DNA of 62,591 bases, filler included, from Corallochytrium limacisporum Hawaii (Eukaryota > Protista > Pluriformea), in assembly GCA_002811645.1 (NCBI GenBank). It is 6 parts of 6 records of this genome, joined end to end, with 100 filler letters (N's around TTAATTAATTAA, not from the genome) between each part and the next. Parts side by side here need not be neighbours in the genome. Positions count along the whole stretch, not along the records: positions 24,828 to 33,642 come from PDIP01000156.1; positions 33,743 to 49,298 come from PDIP01000174.1; 4 more parts are not named here. The stretch is one strand, 5' to 3'. Under the pieces are notes generated by a model that worked only from the letters and a program-made list of their open reading frames with translations, was not told the DNA's origin and did not search any database. The position numbers were made by a program, and so were the translations under genes. Below, one piece after another: positions 29,367-41,473 of this stretch. Within the stretch, counting starts at the first letter, position 1; every line of letters begins with the position of its first letter.

Positions 29367-29815
29367 CTCGCTCTCATTTCCAATTGTTGAACAGCACCCG
29401 GGCAAGGAGTTTCCCTCCGATGTAGGGCTGGGTGTTCAGTTTACTTCGCCCAATTTTCACTTAAAGACCTGATCATGGTTTCACAGAAGAATGACACAAA
29501 CACAGCTTCTTTACTGTGAAAGCTCGTCATTTTTGTATCAGATCCCAAAATAGGAAGAAAAAAACATAGACATGACCACAACACAGGAAGAAAGACTTAA
29601 ACAATAACATACTTCTGGTACGCAGTATTTATTGCTCCCTAGCTCTCCTTCCGACTTTTCCAAAAACTTTCTCCATGGCTATTGAACTAGGCACTGTTGT
29701 GCACAGGTATCACCGGAGACATGGACAGCATTTTGCTTGCCTCCGATTTTGGTCATTGCAACACCTCTTCATTTCCAACAATCAGAGCACCTGGTGGCTC
29801 AAGTCTTTCCATATT

Positions 29816-30805
29816 TCATGGCTCCAACAAACCTTTCGAGTTGAACCAATCGATGAGATCCTTCACCGTTTCCTCCAAGCTCCGCAGTGTTACTCCCAGG
29901 CTCTCCTTTCTCGTGTGATCGAACTGTGTGGGGACTTTGGCTTCACCCTCAAAACGTGGCGGCCTCTTGTAAGGTGGATACTCCGTTTCAAAAGTGGCCA
30001 AGATCTCTTCCCAGGGGAATGAACGATTGACACCAAAGTAACGGCCAGAGGCATCACTTTTTTCGTAACACGCGACGTGCAGGGCTGCGAGGTCGCGGAC
30101 ATCAATAATCGACATGGAGTCGTTCTTAATACCGTCAGTCATAACTTCACCCTTTAGAATCTTGCTCACCCACAGCAGACTGTTAATGCCAGGAGGTCCT
30201 GGATTTAATTGCGGGCCTAGAATTAGGTTCGGATTCATGATGCATAGCCGTGGGGCCCCCTTAGCCTTCTCTTCATCCACGACATCGTTTCGCTGATTCC
30301 GTCCAACTTCTGTAAACGCGGCAATCTCCATGCTAGTCTTGGCAGCGGGTGACCAGCGACTGCGGCTCTTTTGCTCCTCAGGATCGCTCCAGTGGTCGAT
30401 TTCGTTCTTTGGATCTTGGTCTTTGTGACCGACCGGATTGGTAGAGCCTCCACTGGACGTAAGGACAACACACTCCGCTGACTGCCGACGGGCAGCCTGA
30501 AGCAATTGGACAGCACTGTTAACCATGAAATCAATGGTCGCTGGTTCCTGTTTTTCGTGACCTGCACAGAAGAAGGCCACATTGGCACCATTCAGGAGCT
30601 CATCTAATTGCTGGGGAACTTTGTCAGAGAGCAGATCGATCTGAAAAAGTTCCATATTCTTGCCGTTAGGCAGATCCTTTAGCCATGTGGCCGCGTCAGG
30701 GTTGCGACATGCTCCTCGTACCATGTATCCCTTCTCAAGTAGCAATTTGCTCACATGAGAACCAACGAAGCCCGTGGCTCCGATGACGGCAGCACGCTTT
30801 GCCAT
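29816..30805 (-). CDS. Extended SDR, aldehyde-reductase / dihydroflavonol-reductase-like NAD(P)-dependent oxidoreductase
   Basis: VIGATGFVGSHV, VLTSS, NPNLILGP, IDVRDLAALH, ASGRYF. Confidence 0.9.
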   Translation of the reverse strand: MAKRAAVIGATGFVGSHVSKLLLEKGYMVRGACRNPDAATWLKDLPNGKNMELFQIDLLSDKVPQQLDELLNGANVAFFCAGHEKQEPATIDFMVNSAVQLLQAARRQSAECVVLTSSGGSTNPVGHKDQDPKNEIDHWSDPEEQKSRSRWSPAAKTSMEIAAFTEVGRNQRNDVVDEEKAKGAPRLCIMNPNLILGPQLNPGPPGINSLLWVSKILKGEVMTDGIKNDSMSIIDVRDLAALHVACYEKSDASGRYFGVNRSFPWEEILATFETEYPPYKRPPRFEGEAKVPTQFDHTRKESLGVTLRSLEETVKDLIDWFNSKGLLEP

Positions 30806-31868
30806 TGTCCACTCCGTTCTTACTTGCTTGCGATATAGGTAATAATCGTGTGACTGAAAAAGACCACACATAGAAATTATCCTTCAACATATGAAAATAG
30901 TGAGACAGAGCCCGTCAACAGAAATACCATCACAAACTTTTCGCCAGCCGTTGTTCCCAGACTGTACTCCTGTTCTCGGACCCCTACCCAGTAGGGACGT
31001 TCATTATGTGGATGGCCGGAGATAGGACCATATCCGAGAGCATTGTCCTGGAGAGTGGAAATGGAGGTGGTTCCAGCAAGAAATGCACGGGATTCCTAAT
31101 GCAGGAATGAAAACACCGGAAAATTCTGGGTAGTCCCTAATTCAACGGAGAGGGTAACTACCTACACATTCATGTGGTGCCACCTGTTTATTGTTATATA
31201 ATACGAGTTTGTAAAGAGGGGAGGCACAGGACGAGGAAGTCTGAGACAGTGCGAAAAGGGAAAAATGTAACTGCGTACCCAGAACGATGGTCGCCAGCGA
31301 AGACATTCCCCGGCTTCGCACCCTATTGTCTGCTACAGTTTTCAAGAGGTGGCTCCCGTACTATGTTGTTATACATGCCTGTGCAGCATCAATGATGCCG
31401 TCACTACTTACTTGGCCATACAAGGAACTGTTCGATCGCCGCCATCCACAAGAATCACGGGTACTCGTGGGGACCGGTAAGGATCCTGTGAGTGGTCTTA
31501 GTTGGGGGTCTAATTAGTACACGACCAAAAAAGCCAGTGTTGTTGCTTATAGGTAAATGCACAGCTGCGATCGGGCGGATCGCAAGCGAAGCACCCGAAG
31601 GCAAACTGCGAGGGTCCGTGTACACAGGTTGTGGGTTCCCGGTCGAAGCAAATTACGCATGCCTCAAGATTGGACCAGAACCAATCCATAGAAAGCAACA
31701 ATAGTTAGGTATTCCAAGACAACACAATCGATAAAATGGACTATCGACAACGAGACAGACTTAGATCCTTTCAAAATCGGCACATTGCATATTTACCTCC
31801 CTGTATAGAAACTTTTCAAGTTGTCGGTGGTGGCAAGATTGTCGTGCGCACGTGGTACCATTGCCACC

Positions 31869-32615
31869 ATGGTCACTCTGCGTGTAAGAAAACCAAAATT
31901 AGAACCAAGGCTAGAAGAGCCGGCTCCGAAGCCAACAAAACCCAGCGTACTAAAGAAAGGGAAACAGCCGCAGAAGATCCGGGAACGGAAGCACCTCAGC
32001 AACAATCGATCAGTGAAGCCTTCTGCAGCTACAAAGAAGAAGCCACTGTCCAAGAGAAGATCAAGGAGTGCAGTAAATGATCCGGGCCCAAGCAATGCTC
32101 TGACTGGTGCCAAGTACTACCTTATGAAATCAGAACCCGAGGCCCGCTTCGAAAACGGCACGGACGTCAGTTTTCCTTGGAGTGCTTTGCTGGAGAAGAA
32201 AGACCAGACGGAACACTGGGATGGAGTGCGCAACCATGCAGCCAGAAACATCATGATTGGAATGCAGGTCGGTGAAAAGGCGTTCTTCTATCATTCCAAC
32301 TGTAAGGTTCCGCACATTGCAGGCATTGTGGAGATTGTACGCGAGGCTTATCCGGACCACACACAGTTTGATGCAACATCACCATACTACGATCCCAAGG
32401 CCAAGAAAGACAGCCCTACCTGGAAGATGGTTGATGTCAAGGCTGTACGACCTATGAAGCGCTCCATCACGCTTCCAGAGCTCAAACTGCACAAGGAAAA
32501 CAATGGACCGCTGAGCAAGATGCAGATGTTAAATATGGGTCGCCTGAGCGTCAGCTGTGTGACCCCGAACGAGTGGAGCTTCATTCTATCCCTGGAGGAT
32601 GAGGAACGAGAATAG
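31869..32615 (+). CDS. THYN1: Thymocyte nuclear protein 1 (EVE domain)
   Basis: YYLMKSEP, WDGVRNHAARN, FFYHSNCK, YYDPK, RLSVS; Kozak gccaccATGG; basic N-terminal tail. Confidence 0.93.
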   Translation: MVTLRVRKPKLEPRLEEPAPKPTKPSVLKKGKQPQKIRERKHLSNNRSVKPSAATKKKPLSKRRSRSAVNDPGPSNALTGAKYYLMKSEPEARFENGTDVSFPWSALLEKKDQTEHWDGVRNHAARNIMIGMQVGEKAFFYHSNCKVPHIAGIVEIVREAYPDHTQFDATSPYYDPKAKKDSPTWKMVDVKAVRPMKRSITLPELKLHKENNGPLSKMQMLNMGRLSVSCVTPNEWSFILSLEDEERE

Positions 32616-33642
32616 AAGTATGCAAACATGTTACATGCTGCGATGTCACGCCGCGATTGGTCTAGGCAAGAGCTTGCATGACGTGACATGAACACTCATG
32701 AGTGTTCCACTGGTCTCCACAATGATTCAGGAATCCATTTAAACATGGAATCAATCAAGAAGCCCACCTTGGAAACGCAGCCGACTCCCACTGGCCCTGG
32801 TAAATTGTAGCAGTGGCGTAGTGAATAGATATCTATAGTTGTAGTGTATGAGTTTTTAATACTTAATATATTGCTTGTTTCCGTATCATACTGGTCAGTT
32901 TCGTTGCAGACTGATCTGCAAATTGGTCACTACCTAGTTAGCAAAAAGTGAGCGCCATTCAATGAAATATTTGTGACTTAGAATACGGATTTGTTGCCCT
33001 ATATGTGTTCTGGGCTCGCAATTGCTGTCATGCCGGATACATTTGGCTAAAATCAATTTAACATTCTAGGGTACATACCACCTTTGGTGGGAGCGAGTGT
33101 CCTCCCAATCACTAAAGTGACGTGTTCTATTAGTTTTCAAGTATAGGACGACGTTACGGGTAGAAATTGACCACAAAGTTTCAGGGGCAGCGATAGAGGT
33201 TTCTAGGTGTCGTGCTCCCCATGACGCACAGGGGCACACAGGCAGCTCATAACAACATTAGTAGTGCACTCGTCTCGTAAATAGTAGAATCGTTGTCTAA
33301 ATGTAAGGGCGCGCTTTACTAACTGTGCATTCCTAACCTTCGGTACCGCTAAGACAGACGACTTTAGCTAGAGCGACTTGCACCTGACCTTGAATTATGT
33401 ATACCACCCTCTGTCTGGTATGTTAGGGTCAAAACTCCGAAAAACTTGACTCCCGAGGATCTTTTTTAATCTTGATTGTATAATAACTTATATTGATTCC
33501 ATTCTATTTCATTATATTTTGCTCTTTTTAACAATCATAAAAAAATATTTCAATAGCTGATTCAAACGAAGAGTCCCTGCTACTCTCAAAAAAGGACTAT
33601 TTTGACTTTGGCTTGACATTGAACACATCGTAGTCGTACAAA

Positions 33643-33742
33643 NNNNNNNNNNNNNNNNNNNNNNNNNNNNNNNNNNNNNNNNNNNNTTAATTAATTAANN
33701 NNNNNNNNNNNNNNNNNNNNNNNNNNNNNNNNNNNNNNNNNN
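33643..33742. other. Artificial contig linker
   Basis: N-TTAATTAATTAA-N. Confidence 0.98.
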
Positions 33743-34015
33743 CCTTTGCCCTCTTCAATCCCCCTTTCCCCCCCCCCCCCCACCCCCAGAAACGACAAGG
33801 TCCCCGGGGAGCATTAAAATAGGCCCCGAGGTTGCAGCCCAGAAAGTGTTGACCTGACCACGGAAAGCCGGTTCTATTGATAGCTCCTGGTACCACAACT
33901 GTAATCTATTACAACTGGTGGTACCGTGGTAATCTAAATACAGAGAAGGACTGTTGGGGAGGGGTAGGGGGGGTTGTGGCATCGATTGATGCAGAGATCA
34001 CGAGATGTTGACGGG

Positions 34016-34501
34016 TCATGATGAGGAGTTTGCATCATTCGACGAAGCAGTGCCTGCAGTAGATGATGTCTTGAGCTGATTAATGAGATCGTCGGCAGTG
34101 ACGCACCAGTACGTGCCAGTCCAGAACAGGAACCGGCCAAAATATGTCATCTCTACCTCCGGATGGAGAACATGCAGGTGCAGATGCTTGACCAGAATCA
34201 AAGGCGGCTTGTGGAAGCAGAACCGTCCGCGTTCCGGATCCTTGCCCTGTTTGCGCAGCACCTGACGGCCTACGTCTACCATTTCTTCCACCATCTTGAC
34301 TTGACTAGAGTTGAGATGATTGCAGTCTTCTATGCACTGCGTCGGGATCACCAGCAGGTGGGTGGGTGCCCGAGGAGCAATGTCATCAAAGCAGACAAAT
34401 TTCTCGTCCTTGTACAGGATCTCATTTGGCTCCTTGCCCTCAACAATACGGCAGAATATGCACCGCTTGTACTCGCGTGCCCTATCAGTGTCGCTTGCCA
34501 T
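34016..34501 (-). CDS. HINT3: Histidine-triad nucleotide-binding protein, HINT3-like
   Basis: CIFCRI, DIAPRAPTHLLVIP, FHKPP...HLHLHVL. Confidence 0.85.
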   Translation of the reverse strand: MASDTDRAREYKRCIFCRIVEGKEPNEILYKDEKFVCFDDIAPRAPTHLLVIPTQCIEDCNHLNSSQVKMVEEMVDVGRQVLRKQGKDPERGRFCFHKPPLILVKHLHLHVLHPEVEMTYFGRFLFWTGTYWCVTADDLINQLKTSSTAGTASSNDANSSS

Positions 34502-35396
34502 TGCGTCCTCGCAAACTGTTCCTTTTACGCCTCCTAAAATGGCTCAGCTGCTTGATCAATGCCTCCTTTTTCGGAGTTGTGAGGCCGCAAATTAATGCTG
34601 TCAAACACCAGAAGCGACTCAGGCTGGCCTTGAATGCAAAGGCGGCGGCGCCCCATCACCACTCCGAGTGGTCCGGACTTGGACTGTCCGATGACGACTA
34701 GATTCCGCTGCCCCGGTTGTACTGGCTGGCTCACTTGTGCAATGGGTACTGGAGGGAGCCCCGGGTTGCCCCGGGGGTGTGTGTGTGTGTGTGTGTGCAG
34801 TTTTTGGTTTTAAGGAAAGGGTCCCCGGAAAACGGGAGAAACGAAGAAGGGGAACCAATAAAACCCCCCCCCCCCCGGGGGGGGTGCTTTTGGGTCAGGG
34901 GCCTTTATATTTTGTCACTCGGCTCCGGCGGAGGGCAGTGGAAAAAGGCCACGGAGCACCAACACCGGGCTGGGGAAGTGGGACCGGTCTGAAAATATAT
35001 TCTACAAATATTTGAATACGAAGCTGATTTTGAATACGGACGGGACAGAAGAGGAGACTTGGGAGAGCGGGGCCCGTGTCGGCCGTGTATATGGGTCAGC
35101 GCGCCAAACGAACAAACTTCGAGAAAATGACCTGAGAGACAATGGAAAATGTTGGTTGGTAAATGTCCGAATCCGTTCACACAACGCTAGAAACAGCGGG
35201 AGCAATGCAAAAAGGTCAGAGAGACAAATTTCGTTGAAATTGTTCTTTTATTTTCTTTAAAAAGGCGATGGTGAAAGTGTAACGAAAAGAGATGTGTGAT
35301 TAAAGGGGTTCAGATTAATCAAAGGAAGGATAGGATAGTAGTAAGGAGTTTGCACAGGGCCATTGGTAACGACATCACCGTTTGACCGCGCGCCAT

Positions 35397-37208
35397 TTAG
35401 ACAACGTCTTTGTGCTTGTTCCAGCCGCGCTTCTTCATGAAGGAGTAGCCAGCGAAGCCAATGCCAGCGAGAGCCGCAGCACCGGCGGTGCCGGCCACAG
35501 CGTAAATAACTGTGCTGCTGGTGGGTGAAGAGTTCACGGTCATGGTTCCCTTCTGGCCACGGTTAGTAAAGTCATTATTACGAGTGGAGACAAAGTAGAA
35601 GGTACCAGCGTTGTCCATCTTGACGGGACCACCATCAAAGTAAGCAGTGGTGGCACCGTTGAGGACTGCGCAGTTCTTGGGGTCCTGGTCGTCGTCCTTC
35701 TTGGGATCGTCCTCGTCAGTTAGTTCGGCCAGACTGTAGCAGGTCTCGGTGTCGTTCATGGGCTGGCCCATAGAGGCAAGCAGTTTTGCAGTGTCAGCGG
35801 AGGAGAACATGGAGGAAGCGCTGGGCAGCAGGGTATCCTTCATGTCATTGAGCTGGACCAGGTTGGAGCGGTCGGTACCGTCACGGCCGTTGCCAGCGTT
35901 GTTGGGGTCGTTGTAGTCAGAGCCGGTCCACTGGAAGTGAACGTAGTCGCCCTGGAGAACACTCAGGTCCTTGGGGACAAAGTCGTACTCAACACAGTTA
36001 CGGACTTGGGCAATGTTGCCGCGCTTGCCCTGGACGTTGAGGTTGTGGATCACGGCGTTGGTCAGTTCATCAGGACGGGGCATGATATCGAAAGTGTAGG
36101 TACGGTCCTCAAAGCCGCGGAAGAACTGGTTCACATCAATGTTCACACGCAGAGGCAGGCCCAGGTGCTCGTTGATGGGGTCGTCAGTGATCGGGGAGTT
36201 ACCGTCGTTAGCGGTGGCATCGAGGTCAAAGGGTACCTCGTTGGTGGTAATGTTGTAGCGCAGACGCACAACACAGTTTGTCAGAGGCTCGGTCACCTCG
36301 GGGATGCGCCAGTAGAAGGTCTGGTGGCGGTTGTGGTTAGAGTCCATGCCCAGATGATTGATAATTGAGCTGGGAGCCTCGGCGCAGGTGAAGTTGCCAT
36401 TGACAACACCATTCAGCTTGCTGCTCCAGGTGGGCTCATTGACCCACTGAGCTCCCTCGGAAGTGCACTCAATGGGGTCCTCGAATTCGGGGTCAGAGCA
36501 CTCACCACGGGACTTGATCCACTCGGTCTCCTGAGAATAGTAGCCGCAGCGGTCTGTGTTTGTAGTCAATACGGCCACATCGAGCCACGGGGACGGGTGC
36601 CAGTACGGGTAGTAATCACGCTCCTCGGGGCACTCAAAACCGTGGCGGGTACCGCCGGGATTCTGACGAGTACGGGTGGCAGAGTCTCCCAGCTGCTGAT
36701 CGGCACGGAAAAGGTTCTGGTTGCGACCGCGAGTCTCGCACTTCTGGTAATACTCAAAGGACTCATGGCGACCGAATTGGGTGGGATTCTCGATGTCAGA
36801 GTCCGCTTCGTTGGGAATGGTACCGGTGCAAGTGGGATTTTCCTGGTCGTCAGCGGAAGTCTGGGGAAGGCCGTCACGGACACCGCTGCCCAGGGTCTGG
36901 TCACAGCCAAATTGAATAACGTAGTTGCACTCATTGGTGGTACCGCAACCGTGCTGAGAGGTCCAAGTGATTGGCAAGTAGGAACCAGAATAGTAGTACA
37001 TCTTGTCCTGGGTCAGAGTGTTCTGATCAATGCCGGGAATGGCGTAGCCACCGGCGGCATTGTTCTCAGAATCAAAGAGGCGTTGAGCGTTATTGCGGTT
37101 GTTGCTCTTTTCGTCGCAACGGTTGTTGGAGCCGCGAGGGTTGTGCAGGTAGATATCACCAGCAACACTGCCCATCAGCGCAGTGAAGAGAATGGTCTTC
37201 GCGATCAT
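35397..37208 (-). CDS. DD3-3-like type I membrane protein
   Basis: Signal peptide; DIYLHNPRGSNNR, GFECPEERDYYPYWHPSPW, GKRGNIAQV, STRNNDFTNRGQKG typical of Dictyostelium DD3-3 homologs; C-terminal TM with basic tail. Confidence 0.88.
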   Translation of the reverse strand: MIAKTILFTALMGSVAGDIYLHNPRGSNNRCDEKSNNRNNAQRLFDSENNAAGGYAIPGIDQNTLTQDKMYYYSGSYLPITWTSQHGCGTTNECNYVIQFGCDQTLGSGVRDGLPQTSADDQENPTCTGTIPNEADSDIENPTQFGRHESFEYYQKCETRGRNQNLFRADQQLGDSATRTRQNPGGTRHGFECPEERDYYPYWHPSPWLDVAVLTTNTDRCGYYSQETEWIKSRGECSDPEFEDPIECTSEGAQWVNEPTWSSKLNGVVNGNFTCAEAPSSIINHLGMDSNHNRHQTFYWRIPEVTEPLTNCVVRLRYNITTNEVPFDLDATANDGNSPITDDPINEHLGLPLRVNIDVNQFFRGFEDRTYTFDIMPRPDELTNAVIHNLNVQGKRGNIAQVRNCVEYDFVPKDLSVLQGDYVHFQWTGSDYNDPNNAGNGRDGTDRSNLVQLNDMKDTLLPSASSMFSSADTAKLLASMGQPMNDTETCYSLAELTDEDDPKKDDDQDPKNCAVLNGATTAYFDGGPVKMDNAGTFYFVSTRNNDFTNRGQKGTMTVNSSPTSSTVIYAVAGTAGAAALAGIGFAGYSFMKKRGWNKHKDVV

Positions 37209-39456
37209 GTTTTTTCCGTTGGTTAAATACTGTGATGGGACTACGTTTCACAATTTCTTCTTTAGGTGTACGGGATTAGGTTTACACACTCTCGTGTTTC
37301 TTTAACTCACAGGAAACACACACAAGCGATTTAACGCCTCTGCTTAGGATCTTCCCTGTAGATCACTAAACTAGGTTCGACAGAAGTCAAAGTAGCGTCA
37401 TGATGACGTTGTAGTCTTAGGATCCACTTTCAAGTACCTCCTTTCCGCAACCAATCTTTGTGCCAGTACACCCGTCCCTATGGCGAGAGAGAACAGAAGA
37501 GTAATTCACTCCAACAGCCTAATACAATTCGCAGGCTCTGCAACAAGAGAAGTGTGGTGATGAAAATCAGGTGTACGGTGCACAGAGGCTCCTTCATCTG
37601 CGAGCTCCGGCCTCGCGCTGTCTTCCTATTCGTCCGATTCGTTGTCCTTTCCTTCCCCTTTCCGGACCTTTCCCCTCCGTTGTCTCCACCCCTCGCGCCC
37701 CTCTCCTTCCGGCTCCCCTTCTCGCGACGCATCCACGAATCAAAGGGCGGAGCAATCGCAGATCTGTGTCCGTCCTTGAATCCCGTGCTGGTACCTGTTC
37801 AATACTTAGGTGATCACACATGGGCATATAATGCAAGGGACACTTATCCAGAGGCATGCACCGTCTCTTTTGTGTCATTGCTTGAACGCGACAGGTCCGC
37901 CAGCCATGGCTGATGTGGTACACGGAGCGGCACCTTGCCCCTTCGTTCACCACGCTGTGCTTGGTTCATTCGGAGCGGGACTACCAAAGAAACTGGGGTA
38001 TGCTGTCACCAACTGACAAAGCCGAAAAATTTTGTTCTCTCTTAGAATAACCCAGAGTGACGCAAAACCGTCAATTGTCTGAACCCGGTTCCCTCGGTAG
38101 TTTCCCTCGGTGATGATGGCTGTTTCGATGACGGTACATGTCTTCACTCCTCATACTTCTGCGCACGCACTGAGCACGCTCTTATACACCCTATTCCTTG
38201 GGGGAGGAGATGCTCCTTTGCTAGAGTGCGGATTTATGAAGATGTAACCTGTGCACGATTTAGCTTCTATTGAGAATGCAACACACGCGCGTCCCATGTC
38301 TGGAACGAGCCACGGATGGAGAGATGGCCCACCTTGTTCCTCCGACAACCATCAGCCTCAGCGCCGACACCTCGTTGTTTTCTCACACCACGCATGGATG
38401 AACAGTGTATGTTAGCGCCACCTATTCTTTGGGGTTTCTTGCTTCTCTTGACACTGTGTGGGGTGCGCGAGAAGAACAGTTTCGCTTTGCACATTGTCAA
38501 CGATTCTTCGTGATGTCCACGGCTGTCCTCCGCCCGTTTATTGGTACTAGATCTTCAGTATCCTGTGAGCTACCACCCCTTTCCATCCTAGCATGTGAAA
38601 AGCATACAACAAAAAGAAGCTTAGGTTTAGAAGTTGAAAACAATTGAGAACGAAGAACCGCTCGAGCAGGAGACTGAACATGGCAGTCCAAAGCTCCAGC
38701 GAACCCACACCTGCCCTCCGTCACAGATTTTCACTGCTTGCCCACGCCGCCTGTCCCTAAGAAGTTCGTGGGGTTCCTTCGAAACGGTAGAAATGGTACC
38801 GCGAAAAGAGCTTCAACGGAATATCTCGGAGAGGAAAATGCGTATTGGTTCTTTTGCAACGAATTCCTCAGAGAGGAAAATGAGAAAAATTACTTCTTCA
38901 TCTTCTTACCGTCTTGCTGCAAAAATCAGTATATTTGTTATATTAAAGTGGGCCTACTCGTAATATGCAATGCGTAAGACCTATACCTCACTGCCTAAGA
39001 AATCGCCATTCCCTAGCAAGGGGCCACACGGGGCGGTTCTTCCCTCTGCCGGACGCAGCCGAGTGCACCGCACCGCCAGAGGTATCTCCCCCTCCCCGCC
39101 GTCCCAACCCCCCCCTTCTTCTGCCTTGTGGGTCTTCGGAGCCATCTCCAACCAATCAGAGTGCCAGCTCCTGGGAAGGGGAAGCGGCCGTTGGTTGTGA
39201 ACCAAAGGGGGGAGGGTGCGGAAGGGCGAGGGATGGACCCCAGATTGGCGGAGCAGAGAGAGCGTGAAAAGGGGCAGGGTAGCAGGAGATGTGTCCGTTG
39301 TGAAAGCACAGCGGTAACGATGCAAAGGTGCGCAACCAGCAAAACTTCGCAAGAAAGGAATTACTGTTCGTATGTTGATAGTCTCTGGTATTGTGCCCTT
39401 TATCGATAGTAGTCGTCAATGTGTACATATTATACACACACCCAGAGGGAACGGAC

Positions 39457-39525
39457 AGAGAGAAAGAGAGCGAGAGAGAGAGAGAGAGGGGGGGATAGAG
39501 AGACAGAGAGGGAGGGAGAGAGAGA
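39457..39525. repeat. (GA)n-rich microsatellite
   Basis: Interrupted GA runs. Confidence 0.85.
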
Positions 39526-40804
39526 GCCAGATATTGAGCATGGGACAAACGCACACAGGTACCGTGGTACTCCGCAAACACAGGGAGAGACAGAGTCTGT
39601 GCGTGTGATGTATCCCCATAGTTCCGGTACGAACTAGAAGATACCCTTTTTACACCATGAGCCAGCCACTTTTAAGTGTTTGTATGCCTGCATCTGACTA
39701 GGAGTTGCTGTATGGCCATGGCCGTTCTCACAAACCCAGTTTTCGGGAATATTGCAACCACCAGTTTGTGTGTAATGAATTACGTGAGTACGCGGCGAAT
39801 GGCAAGAAATGGGCTAAGTCAAACACCTATCAGGCATGGTAGACACAGCTTAGCAGCTCTTCGATTGCATTACCCTTTCACCTACATATCATTCACTCCA
39901 AATCATACCTATTCTATCAGTGTATACAACAGGTTACAGGCGGTGAAGGAGTCCAATGAGAGCGATGATGTTGACTCGGGCGAAGTATCGACTGCGCTCT
40001 ACAAGGTCGACAGTTTCGTCCTGACCTATGTATCCAACGTGAGCTATTCACTCTCTCCATCGTGCGCAGCACTGAGGTCAAAAAGCCAACAACTTCGTTT
40101 CAAGCTTTTGAGAACCATGCTCTCGTGACCAACGTCAAATGATAAAGCAAAATAAAGGGCAGAGTTGACGTTTATTGGCTGTGCTGCGGTTCAGCTTGAG
40201 TGGTACGTCGATGGGGGCCAACTCGTTCTTCATAGAGTTCCACCACTATTTGCCATGTTACAGCAAGAACATGGCTGAACAGCTCAGCACCGAGACACAA
40301 AGAACATGTCAGGTCACGAGTTTTATGATAGCATTCTTGACGTCGAGATCTCGCAATGTCATGCAGTATGGCCGAAGCAGAACTCTGTTCGCTGTACTGT
40401 GAGTAAGGGCTTGCGATTGCTTCATGTATGATAAACATCACAAGCCATCATCCAGACGTCGGAGAGTATAATGCACGATCAAGCAAAATTTTATCGGGGA
40501 TACCCGCCATTACTATGACATCAAATGGACTTGGCATCACCAGGCCAAAGAATGGAAAAGTGAATGACTTGAGCCGAACAGGCTCTCAAATCGTCGTTCA
40601 ATATTCGCTGGCGATGTGACCGAGTCTTGCTTTGCATCTTGCGATTTTGGCATGCTGTACTATGTGGAATATGGATGTGCAAAGACGATGATGTGTGTCA
40701 GTTGAAATAAGCATGCAGCAGCGTGCGATCTAGAATCGGTCAAAGCGAATTCGCCAAAAGTCCTGTAGTTCTGGGCGGCAAAAGCAGGTACAGACTGCGC
40801 CTGC

Positions 40805-41473
40805 TCAGAAGTAGATAATTTGCGACAGTTCGAACAGACCCTTGGGAATATTCCAACCAGATATCCTCGGGATTGAAGATGCCAATGCTTCGTAGAATCC
40901 TTGCGGTGGATGCACAGAGTATGCCTTGGCCACGTCGTTACCAGTAATGTTTCCCCGGCGTACGATTCCGCGAGTAGCATCAGTCCAGTCTCCCTCAAGC
41001 ACAGCGTTCACGGCCACAGCGTGCGGTCCTTCATACGGAGTGACCTTGTGGTGATAAATGATAATGTCCCGAATGATCTGGTCCTCTTCTAGGGTGAAGT
41101 CTGTGCGCTCTTTGCTCATATGCTTGTTGCGGAATTCCTGGTAGCTGGGCTCGAGGTAGTCCAATTCATTGACAGTCCACAAGGCAATGTCGTGGTAGAC
41201 CAGTGCAGTCTCGATCAAGGGCTCATAGAACTTTCGCTGTTTCGGATCATTAATATTCTTGAGAGAGTAGCTGAGCACACGGTAAATGTGTCCGCGGTAT
41301 CCAGGGTAATCGTCACCAATGACTTCCTTGTACGGCGAAAGCAGTCTCTCAACACGATCGCTGGTTGGGACCACTGTGAGATTTGACTTGCTCACAACAC
41401 CCGGGTTCGTGACGGCCATGCCGACATACACAGCAATAGCCGCCACCGCAAAGGCAAGGAAACGTGCTAGCAT
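40805..41473 (-). CDS. HD-domain-like protein with N-terminal signal/anchor
   Basis: YRGHIYRV...ALVYHDIALW...DYLEPS...IIYHHK...GDWTD gives the H...HD...HH...D metal-ligand pattern. Confidence 0.75.
   Translation of the reverse strand: MLARFLAFAVAAIAVYVGMAVTNPGVVSKSNLTVVPTSDRVERLLSPYKEVIGDDYPGYRGHIYRVLSYSLKNINDPKQRKFYEPLIETALVYHDIALWTVNELDYLEPSYQEFRNKHMSKERTDFTLEEDQIIRDIIIYHHKVTPYEGPHAVAVNAVLEGDWTDATRGIVRRGNITGNDVAKAYSVHPPQGFYEALASSIPRISGWNIPKGLFELSQIIYF

Noticed and set aside
38814-38882. Imperfect 26-bp direct repeat (caacg...gagaggaaaatg)
   Set aside because: Only two copies and no functional context
39676-40619. Fragmentary ORFs possibly from a decayed gene
   Set aside because: No recognisable family; cannot be told from non-coding sequence
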